The notes beneath the pieces are model-generated. The model saw only the letters and a program-made list of their open reading frames with translations, did no database searches and had not been told where the DNA came from. The translations under genes were made by a program, and so were the position numbers. Source: Phoronis australis (taxonomy: Eukaryota; Animalia; Phoronida). Taken from it: DNA of 64,000 nt. How positions within the stretch are numbered: position 1 is the stretch's first letter; every line of letters begins with the position of its first letter. The DNA is taken from positions 4,260-68,259 of the forward strand of contig NMRA01000204.1 in assembly GCA_002633005.1 (NCBI GenBank), given 5' to 3'. Below, one piece after another: positions 23,301 to 35,300 of the stretch.

Positions 23301-26300
23301 CTGGCGAGCAGGGTTTCGAAACCTGGGTATATCTCTGCAAAAGACTCAAATTATAGAAAAGAGCTGATTGACCAAGGAACTGATAAGTGCCACATTCTCT
23401 AGGAAGGTAACAAGAACGTCGTGATCTCAGAAAGCAGCACACGTGAAGCACTTTTGTGAACTCTAGAATGCAAAACAAACCAATGACCAACACCTCGATC
23501 ATTAGTAACAGCTCTGACAAAGCAAGACTAAACAGGAGCCAAAAGCGTGCCTTGGAAACCGGCTCAGTCTTGATACTGCCTGGAACAATATTGAGTACGG
23601 ACGACTGGCGTGCATACATCTCTTTAATACTACTGCGTGTGACAGCTTTGTTTCTAATGGACCAGTCTTCGGAGCAGTACATCCCTAGGATCTGCAAAAT
23701 TTGGCAATGACAACAACGTCAGCCGAGTTCCGATCGTGAAAAAAAAACTACAGCGACAGAGAGAACAAATGCTTTGCGAATCGTAGTTGAAGCTATCACA
23801 AAAATGAGGCACTATCGCAGGTTGCTGCAATAACATACAGAAACTGACTTCTTTTGCTTGATTGCCTAGTGAGGAGTTTTCTTCACATTAGGGGATTCAA
23901 CCCTAAATACGTACCGTGGGGCAGAAATACATCACAATGGGTACACAAACAAAAAGACATTAAAAATAATAGTTTTGAAAAGAGAAGTGACATAATTACA
24001 AAGTGGTCATTAGGTCAAACGTTTTGAATGAATGAGAGAGTTAACAAAGATTAAATCAAACCGAATAATACTCTTTCCTTCGTTTAGGACAGTTTAAAAC
24101 ATAAGCCAAGTTTTATCAACTAAAAAACATTACTGAGAAATAGGACACACTGCTCTTGAAGTATTAAGTGTTTCTTACAGTCAATTTTATATCTTCAAGT
24201 GAAGTTGTGTGGCATCCATTCAGTCGGTGTCCCAATAGAAATCCAAATTTCAAACTCGGAAAATTTTTGCACAGAAGTATGCTGTTTTGAAGAAATTGAT
24301 GTTACCAACGAAAGCATGAAAATACATTTTGAGACTTAACTTGTTTGTGTTGAAATTTGCTTGATGAAGTTTTTGAAGCTGCATTTGCCTTACTTAGCTT
24401 ACTAAAAAACAAAAATTGAAAGAGGCATTTTGCTCTTATAAAATCAATCTCATACTATTAATGTGACAGGATTAGATTTCCATTACCAAATCAAGTCACA
24501 AGCTATGTGTACATGCACCATTTTTGAATTCACAACTTTAAGTTTAGCCAACTCCAATAAACTCTTAAAAGCTTTTTGTTGACTAGGCTGATGGTTTCCA
24601 TGTCGTTGTTGGTAACGGCAAAAGATTGTATCACAGCAAGGAATAATACAAGACTGATTTTATGAGAGTAAAAGGCTCAATTCAATTTTCATTTTTAGCC
24701 AAAAAAACGGGGAGAGATGTGGCTTTTGCTAATTGTGAAGCAGAGAGTAGCTTTGATTGTCACTACAACAGATGGCAGTTAGCGCTTCAATAACAACAAG
24801 CAACACCGCAATCTACGCGATGGACAACTGGAGCCGACAGTCCGACAATTGTGGAAGCTAACAACCTTAATGGTGGTAAACTGTCTGGGGTTGTGTATGT
24901 TAGCACGCGCCAAAAGTGCAATACGAGGCCAAACAACACAACATCTAGAAACGCTCAGAGTTGACTCACCTCATTTTTGGCCGTTTTGATCACAATGAGT
25001 GTACATCCTTGTTCGTCGACTTTGTTGTACAGTGTGCGTATGCTGGTCCCGTGTTCCTCCGATGTATAAAGTAGTTCCGGTTGGCAGACGGTCATTCGCA
25101 ACGGCAGCCATTTCCACAGCAACTGAATCTGCAAGTGAAGCTTAAATTACTATTGAATTGAATACTTAACCTCCGCTGTCATGACCAGCACTCTCCAGCG
25201 CATAATTCGCAGTGATCTCAGTCGTCAGAGTAACAAATTGTAGACAATTTTTTTCAATCACCATTCATCATTATTCCCAATAAACCATTCCGGTAGATTA
25301 GAATTCAGTTTAACTGGTGAAATTGTCATCCAACAGTTTCTGCAGTGACTATTTTGTAATTCCATACACCTCCCCCAAATCTCTTGTTCAAAGCCCATTT
25401 TGCCCAATCATGCCATTTTGACTACCACTGCTGTTTTCAAATTGTGGCTTTTGAATTTCTTTTTAATATTCTTTATAAGAAGTTATGACGACTTAGGACT
25501 AGCCTAGATCTGAGGAAAATTTTCCTGTCTTCACGTAAAAACAGTATCACTTTTGAATTTAGCTGGATAACAGTTCAGACAAGACCTTGATGTAATATAA
25601 GGTCAAGGTCAGAATCATTCAACTATATTGACACATGTGTAGGCAAGAATGAAATTCATTTTACTTTAGGGCAACAGGCAACTTTCAGCAGATGAAAACT
25701 TAACAGAATACCATATACTTCCAAATTGAAACACAGCTCTTTCAGAAACCATCGTCATACTCAAATCAACAGGCCATTGACATAATTACAATATTGAGAT
25801 CAACTACAACATGAAAGCTCATAAAAGCCTTATAAACAATGACAAGACAAAAAAAATAAAAATAGTACCAAATAGCAACCAACTCAGCAGCAAATAATTA
25901 AGTTTCCCTCTCGTGTACCATATACTACCTATCAAAATACACAGCAACTATAAAGGTGTAGTCTCCAAGTACACAATTAGCGTTACAATTTTAAGGATTT
26001 CTTTACAAGGCCAAAAATAGTATTAAATGGTTCTGGTCTGTGTTTCTGGGGAAATTAGCACAAAGATATTGTATTCTTTATGCGGACAGGTATTTTTTTT
26101 CTTCAAAAAATGAGGCAGGGGTTTCAAAATGAGTTGTGCGCAGACCAGAACCAACATTGTTATTTTTTGGTCCATCAGAGAACACAACAACATCGGCCCT
26201 GATAACGGACGAGCCATTCAGTGATCTATCGACACTTCACTGGTGCAAGAAAAAATTTGCATAGCTTACAATCCTAAGCAGGCGATTGGACAACACATGA

Positions 26301-29300
26301 CAACAACCGGGAAAAATAGCTGTTTAACACGACGACACTGATTGGACAAGCAGTGGCACCGCGAACACATGCAGCAGCTCAGTCAGTGAAACACTGTACA
26401 AGCAGGTATACATTTTATGTAGGAATGGTGTTACAATAAATGAATCATACAGCTATATTCTAATGCATCAAAGTACACAAGAAATTATCTGGATTTCTCT
26501 TTGATTAACCACGAGTCACAACAGAAAATACAGCTGTGGGTTTATTGACCCACTGAGCTTCAACTCTACGAGTCACTTTGCACGACCTATGGGTCACGTT
26601 TGTATGTTCTGTTTTTTGATCCACTTTTTGGGGCATGGCATTTTCAGGTGTAGGTTATGCGATTAGTGATAGGTCTAAACAACCAACTAAATTTCAATGC
26701 AACCAAACACATAACTCCATGTGGATATGTATTTTTCTAATATCTCATATCACTTAACATTGTTGTTTGTGTCTCCGTCGCGAGATCAGCCACTCTGCAT
26801 TGTGGTTATGTTAGAATATGAATGTATAGGACAAAATATGACGCAAATTCAAAATCACAGTGCATCAACAAAAATATTCATACACCCATGACATGGGCCA
26901 TGGTCTTAAAATTGTCTTTGAATAACGATGGGAAAATTCTCCAGTCTTGGTCATATAACTCATTTTTCATGAAGTAATCCAGAGTTGACCACTCAATAAA
27001 TTGGTGAAATGCTCTATTTCCTTTATCAGTCCAAAAAGTTGTTACAACAAGAGCTCATCACAGACAGGTCCAACAGATGGCGTGACAGATGCAAATCAGA
27101 TCGTTATGCCACCTTGTATAAAAGTGATCATGTACAAGAAACAGTATGGCTGTTGCAAGAAAACGACTATTTCTCAAGAAGAAATGCAGAAACAACACAG
27201 CGGTCATACAGCACAAGTATATTTTTAACTGGAAATTTAAACAGATGAAAGAAGAGTTAGGCGCAGAGATTTCAAAAAGACATCACTTGCAGATCAAAAC
27301 AAAGTCTTACTTCTGTGCGATTCTGACATATCAGTATGAAATAGACAAGCAGGGCAAGGCTGCCAACACAACTGAACAACGTAAGAGCCACCATGCTTGT
27401 CTACTGTCTAACCCTATTGAAGGCTAACACAACGGCAAGACAGTCTAAAGTTGCAGGGCACAAGCATACTTACATGGTCAAGATTTATGATGGTAGAGGC
27501 TACACTGTCGAGTATAGCCCAGCCAAGAGAGTGCGCTCTTGACCGCGATACTGACAGCGTTCGACTCAGCTGGTAACAGAGCATCTATGATTTAGGATGG
27601 TGACAAGAAAATACGCGAGCAAAAATTTCAGTCCTAACTTCAGAGTCCTAACTTCAGAGTCCTAACTTCAGAATGTTTGATGCTGCTTAAGAAATGTGGC
27701 TGATACACCACTCTGTTTCAATTCCTACATACAAACACAAAAATATTTCAAGATCATGTAATTCTGTTGAAAAAATCAAACTGTCAAGTTATGTTAGGCT
27801 ACGACTCCATGAACCATTACAAAAAACTGTAGAGTTTGTCGAAACAAGATAATGCGAAAAAGGATTTACAAATATCATTTCCACCATTTCAGCTTGAACA
27901 TCTATGATTACTGAGGTTAGTAAACACATAAACTAAAATCTTTAACTTCACACACAGACGTTGGAACAAACTAAAATAAAAACAAGTTGATTGTGCTAGT
28001 GTCATGCATTTAGTAGATGACCATTGGCGAACAGAAAAACAAATAACAATGAGAAACATCAAGAGACATCGTCTAGACAAGTCCCAAACTTTTCGTAAAA
28101 ACTTCAAAGACCAAACTTTATTAAAGACTCAACTGAAAAATGACCTACCACACTGTGTGAAATTTAAAAATGTACAAGCAGCAAGCTATGCGACTGAGTT
28201 TAGTCCCAAGTAAAGTTCGGCAGCTTCCGGTCACTACGTACCTTCTGTTGTGTACTTCAGTCAAGCACTGACTATATCGGCAACTCCAAAGCATTGCGGC
28301 GCAGAAGAAGTTGAAGAGAGCATACATCTCATCGCTCCTGAGAGTGATACAGTTTAAGTGTGACTAAAAACTAACAGCATACCTGATCGTAGTTGAGTAT
28401 CGACGACGTCAGAAAGTCGTCGACGGGCACCGGGTTGCTGGCGAAAGACCTTGACCTAGGCAACTTGGCGAGCTTGACGCGGTTGTGTGCGCCACGTGAG
28501 GGATCAGTTTGCGACGACACCATGTGTTCCACGTTGGTCTTACTGCGCAGATACATCTCATGCTGAAGCTGTAGAACACGGATGTGTTTCCGTGTCAGGC
28601 CGCGTATGCCGAATGCCAGCTGGGAATAAGGAGGGAACAGACTGAATTATCAGGTCACGTGAGCAGAGTACACAAATTCGACGTAGCCTGCTCCGTAAGT
28701 GGACCGATTTCAACAGAATGTTGTTTATAATGTCATTTGGAATGGTTTTGAAATATACTCCCCAAATGATAAATTCGGAAGCAGCAGTTAATACCACTCC
28801 AAACATGCAGATTTTTTTTTTTATTTGGAACAGGCAACGGACGAACACAAGCTTTTCAAGTCCACAAGGTCACGTGATCCCGTCTAGCCCATGAACATTA
28901 CGCAACTAGAGAAAAGTGTAAAAGTTGCAGCAGAACATTTCGAATTATCACCACATAAGACAAAATGACACACACATGTGCCAAAAGCCAATGGTCATTT
29001 TTCTAACACATTATGCAACCAACTGAAGTGGTACCGTTTTACAGTAAATGACCAAGAACCATAGGTGTGCAGCGAGGAACAAACCTTAAGCAGTTTCTCT
29101 GGCGAGACTGGTATGTTTTCACAGAACTGACTGATGGCCGTCTCTAGGCTGGTCGGCAGCTGCTCCTTTGTTTTGCCTGCAAACAAAACAACACCACCAG
29201 TGGTCAAAAATACAACTAGGAAATGCTCAGACAGACAATGAGTGGATATTGAGAAACACACATGTTCCCTGTATTATCACTCCCCATGTCGTGTTTAATA

Positions 29301-32300
29301 CTTTTATAAACATATCAGAACAAAATGCCATTGCTAGTTTCCATTTCGCCATAGAAAACATTCGCTAAAGCAAAATTATAGTTTTTATCATTAAATAATT
29401 GAATAAGTAATTTCAATAACTAAAAAATTGGTGGTTGATTTCATGTTCTACTTTAGATAAAGACAACTCATTTGTGATATTACCCAGCATGCAGTTGGGT
29501 GTCACATCCATGGAGCATAAAGGTGCAGACGACACTTCCTATTTCAATCGATAGCCTTTCATTGCTGCACCTAGACTGGCGCAAATTCATTTAATTTACG
29601 TTTTTAAAAAAACTAGCAGTGTATATTTATTCATTTCATTGTAGATGTACTTTTTTCTGCTGTTATCTATATTGTTCTTACTCGGTGGTCAGCTATTAGC
29701 GGCCCCTGCCTTTGCTGGCCACGGAGTCGTACAACAATGTATATTTTTATATTATTTAAAAAATAAGAGTTTCTCTCTCTTACCAACTGATTTGTGGAAT
29801 AACATTAGTAAAGCCAGCGCCACACGATACAGGACCTTGGACCCCTCGAACAACATACAGTCAATGACTCGAACCTGAAATGAGATAACACGTACCTCCT
29901 TAAAACGTATACAATTGTGCACAACCATACTCTTGCCAAAAGTCAACATAGAAAAACAGAGAATGAGTGATGAATCAAACTGTCACTTGACAAGTGACTC
30001 TATGCCTGTAAATCATCACAAAACAGAAGTAAGTCCTAGTACAGCAAGGTGACAATAGATGTCACCAACTGTGCAATGCTAAGGAACGATAAACTAGACT
30101 TCCAAGAGTTCAACTGCGTAACACAATAGTTCTTTGAGGAAATCTAATTGGTGAAAACCAAAGTGGAAGCTGACATCCAAATATTTATGGCTTCTCAAAA
30201 ACTGCATGTTTGGACAAGGCTCAAGAAAATTTATCAACTGCTAAAAATCAATGCAGATCTCGGTTAATGACATAATGTTCCATTCAGTGTTATCTTACAT
30301 CAATTGCTTAATCATCAATTATACCGCACGGTAACGCACTATGTCTAAATAGCAATAATTTCAATGTATTTTTAGAACAGTTCAGACACAGCTCGTGCTT
30401 TAAGACTGCATGACAAGAAACCACAGCAAAGTCCACTTTACAATAGGGTAGGTACAAGTTTTCATCTGGAGGGGGGGGACAAATGGGATGATTCATTAAA
30501 CAAAAGTGAATTAGTCCATGCAAAAGGGGGTGTTGGCAATAAGAAAGAAAGAGCATGGCCCCCTTGGACACGCATATCTATATACACGCTTCTAACAGTC
30601 TGCTAACCCAAGACTGACCAGATGGAAGAGAGGCAGGTCTTTAAACAGCCACCATATCCAGTTTTCAAACACCCTCTCAACATCTTGTGTCGTCTGTCGG
30701 CTGAGGAAAAGGAAGCAGGGTTTCTGAAAAAAAAAAATCCACAATGAGGCAACGTAGCGTCACAGTGAGGCTGTGTTGTGTCACGGTGAGACAGTGTCAT
30801 GTCATGGTGAGGCAGGGTTGTGTCACAGTGAGGCAGGGTTGTGTCATGGTGAGGTAGTTTCGTGTTATGGTGAGGCAATTTCGTGTCACGCTGAGGCAGT
30901 GTCGTGTCACAGTGAGGCAGTGTTGTCTCACAGTGAGGCAGTGTCTTGTCACGGTGAGGCAGCGTTGTCACGGTGAGGCAGTGTTGCGCCACGGTGAGAC
31001 AGTGTCATGTCACGGTGAGGCAGTGTTGTGTATGCCACAGTGAGGCATTGTTGTGTCACAGTGGAGCAGTGTCGTGTCCCACGTAGAAAGAGAAACATGA
31101 CTGAACACAAAACACCCGTCACTCCTATACAGCACTAATGGACAACAAAGTGACAGCACTGTAAACCTAAACAAATCCAGTTAACCGGTATACAACATTT
31201 TTCAAAGCATGACCCATGCCCATTTGAGTATTAGTGTCTCTTGGTACTAACAGGTAGCAGCAGCTGTCTCCAATCCCATGTGACCAGTCAGTGCTGTTTT
31301 ATGATCTCATTCTTCAACCAGTAACAAACTGTATGAATAATGTACACCCGACAATCGCAAAGTGAGCAGACATACAAACAGCTCCCACAATTCTAGACAA
31401 GTGTTGCTTAGCAACACTGCAGCAGCATTATTTAGTCAATAAGAAAAAAACAGACATTGACGAATAATTTGAACATTAAAATGAGCACATTTAAAAAACA
31501 CAATTTAAACTGTTATGTAAATAAATACTGCCAATAAAATTATGTGATCAGTTTCGAGCAGCATTTCACTCTATTTAGCTAAAAATCAAATTAATTCTTT
31601 TACTCTCATAAAGTCGGTCTCATATTCCTTAGCATGATGGAATTCTATTTCCATTGCGAACTCAATGTATACATGAATAACTGGAAATCTTATCACGGTA
31701 CGGACTAATATTATGAGATTGAATTTATCACAATAAGTCCTACTTTGACTGCATTTTAGCCAGCTAAAGAGAGTGAACTGCAGCTTGAAATTTTGATTGT
31801 CCCAAAGAAACGGAACAATCAAGGTCCTGTGTGATTTCATACTGTCCTGCGTCTATGTTTGACAAAGTAGGACTCCATGTTGGACTAAGTCGAATGTCGC
31901 AAGACCTGCACAATCATCTGTCAATGCTGGACAACATGGGATGACATAATTTTCCATCGGCAGTCAATTCTCAAAGCACGACGGCGTAACTAAAGGCACG
32001 GCATACATACACTGTGTTTTTTCACCAGTTCCTTGAGAGTGTACGGCGACGCCTCGTAGGATATCCTGGCTTGAGTGAAGAAACATCCCTCCTTGTGTAA
32101 CAGCGAGTAGACGGCATTGAAGCCTTCCTCCACCGTTACATAATGTAGCACCAAACTGGACAACGAGTATAATACTGGGCTGTAAGGGAAGGAGGTCAAG
32201 TAACGTGACACGTAGCTTTGTAGCTAAAGCTGCTCTAAGAAATTAATTGTTCTGAATAAATTGTGCAAGTTGTAGGCATGTTATCATATATTATCGACTA

Positions 32301-35300
32301 AAATCATGTACGTAAACGAAAAGTATATCTATTAAAAGTATGTATTAATTTTGTGGCATATTGATAATATATCAGCTGCGAATAGAGCTCCTTATTTCCA
32401 AACAAACACACTGGGAACTCAAAGCGGCTCTGAACCAGCCTTTGTCAAAACTTTTCTTTGACAACATTCACCATTAGAAAACTGGTTTACTTGTTTACTC
32501 AGATTAGAAACGGACTTCAGAACCAGTGGTTCGTTATTACTGGTGGCCATGCTCGGCGTATAAAATGACAAGCCAGGTCAAGCCAAGTTACTACAAGCCA
32601 TAACCCAAGGAAGGCCGAGTAAAAGCAATGAGTGCGGACCACAGTATAACACATAGTGACCATGGACTCACCTAAACGTTATATGTGGATTGCTGACAGC
32701 TATTGCACACAGTAGCCTCTTGACTGCACGCCTGCCCTGGCCGTTGAGGTGGTAGTGAAACATGTGAGCTGACTCAACAAACCCCGGCAGTTCAACACAG
32801 TCATCATGGTCATCTGAAAGCAGACGACGACGTTAAGTGAACAGAATGATTCATTACTGGTTGTTGTGCATGAACATTTTTTGTTAAATTTCTGACATAA
32901 CTTTCCTAATAAGTTGCGGCGTGGTTTCTTGTTTTTGTTCTTTGCTGAACAAGAAAAAGTTCCCCATTTTAATAAAATCACGAAACATTCAGACTACAAA
33001 GAGCAACATTTTCTACGTTCTGCGAGAAACGTTTTCACTGTTTCACAGGGAACATTCTCCCCATAGAACAAAAACTTGTCATTATTTTTCCCGTTCAACA
33101 AAACGGGAAATTTTTTTACGGCTAGTAAATGTACAAAATGCCATTCCGACCAATCACATGGAACCCCTGTGGGCGAACAGTATAGTCAGAAATCACGTCA
33201 TTTGAATTTAGGATTCTCATCGTAAAAAGGCCAATCTGCTGTCTGATTTGGGGGGTGGTTGATCAGAAGGCAAATCAAACGTCTTATGAGCGTTCACATG
33301 AAAAATATTTCACAGCTGGCAGATCAGACAATCAATCTGCCTTCTGTTCAGACAGCATGTGAACACAGTATTAATATGGAATTAATGTAAAACACTGCAC
33401 ACTTTTCACCCATCTTAATAACATTTTTACTTTTGCCATACTCAATCACAGAGAACGACAACCTGTTTTAACCAAAGGACTCCAAGTACGTACAGTATTT
33501 TTGATAGAACTTCCCACAGATAAGTTAAATTACCTCCTTTTCTTACCATTTTCAAATTAACATAACTTTAATAAACCAGAACAAGCTTTTAACACGTGTA
33601 GCCCTTTAAAAGAGACTGAACAGGAAGCCCAAACATCAAGGCCAGATCAATAAAACAGCATACCACTTCAGAAAACATATCACTAACACTTCTGTCTCTA
33701 GTTCTGCAAAAGCATAATTGACAAACACACACACACACACTCACACAAGAAAGTGTTTAACAACAGATCTTGAGTCAAGTCCTATAGCTTTGAAGATATT
33801 GTAGATACTTTGGTGAATGCCAGTAAGGTCCTACAAAACCTTGAATGTAGAAATTTGGAAATTTTGCGGGTGGAGCATTAAGTCGCAAATGGGTGTAAAC
33901 CGGACTGAGTGTGATGTTCAATGACACTTGCATGGATGGTGGAGCCACCTGGTGGCCAACAGGAAATACTGTCACACCAGGTCAGCCAACACAGCACGTC
34001 AGTTATCAATTTATTTGGGAAACTATGTTCAACAATTACTGGCAATTCATTTTTTCATCCCACAAGTAATGAATTACAACGCGCCGCGTCTGGCTTCCAC
34101 GAGTCTAAGAAAATACAATCTTGGGAATATGAAGTTGACAGTTTAATCACCGCACCACATCCTTGAGAAAGATATCCACAGCAACTTGAGACATTTTCAG
34201 CCAATGAATCTTCGACCCACTCAAAACAAATAGTCATTAGTTGCCATGGGTAGCAGAAGAGGAAGCATCAGAAATTCAGTAGACAAATGTGTAGTCTAAA
34301 ACTAATTAATTTCCTGGGAACATGTCACGCAAAGATTAGTAACTCGCACAATTTGATTATGATGGAAAGGTTGCCTCACCATCAGATGAGATATAGCCAG
34401 CGCCATGTTTTACACTGAAGCTATTGTAAGCCTGTGTTCCGTAAAAAACAAAAACACATTTCTGATCATCTATTCCCAGCTGGATCTAGGCACTTAAATG
34501 ACAACTACAGTAAAACCTAACCAATTTAGTACACATAATGGCTTTACAAGTGATTTTTTTCTCATTTTTCCATGACAGACAGGTAGCAACAAAGTAATAT
34601 TTTCCTATTGTTTCGACATTTTGTCTATTCATTAGACATCACCAGGTTATAAACAATAAGACAAGTGTCGATATACCAGTCAGGTTACTTCATGGATGTC
34701 TAAGGAATAGATGAAACATCGAATCAATATGAATTTTTTCATTGGTGCAGAGAATGTCCGTTTTTTGATCCTACAATGGCCAAAAACTGATATTGTAATT
34801 AATATTTTCCTATGTTCAAGTTGTGCACCAAAGCTCACACCAAAATGCTTTGCAAAGTTGCAGGCATCCACAACAACGTTAGAAGCGATGAAGAAAAGGG
34901 GAATTTCAGTATTTATTTTTGTCCGAAATTGGCGAGATTTTACCGCAGCTTCTGAGCTCAGAAAGGACAGATTTACACGACTTTCTGCTATAAAACCAGT
35001 TTTAGTTTGTTCCTTCATCAGAGGAGAAGTGTTGTCTGGGTTTGGAAAGAACCAACATGACAGTCTGTTAAAGTTATGTAAGAACTTTGTCGACATCGTG
35101 TATTTAGGCAAATATGTACAACACTACAGATTTTAACTTTGTGAAAGTACCACTGTAGAGTTTGATTTTTTTCTTACTTTATACAAATCTGTCATGTCTT
35201 TTCAGTAACATCCATTAAAGAATGCTCTTACGAAGCCAGCTCGCTTAAAATAGAGCACAGCGGCAATGCTGACCTGAGAAGCCAACTCTAACACATATTA

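Noticed and set aside
29682-29705. 24-nt micro-exon candidate (gcag...gtaaga) in a TBC1D24 phase-1 intron
   Set aside because: It contains an in-frame TGA in the required phase; nothing beyond the splice-like ends supports it.
30603-30992. 129-aa His/Cys/Thr-rich ORF (LPHCDTT)n as a metal-binding protein
   Set aside because: It is the translation of a 21-bp minisatellite, has a non-ATG start, and crosses the real exon in a different frame.
34240-34254. RFX X-box-like GTTGCCATGGGTAGC
   Set aside because: The second half-site is imperfect, it lies deep in an intron, and similar half-sites occur elsewhere in repeats.
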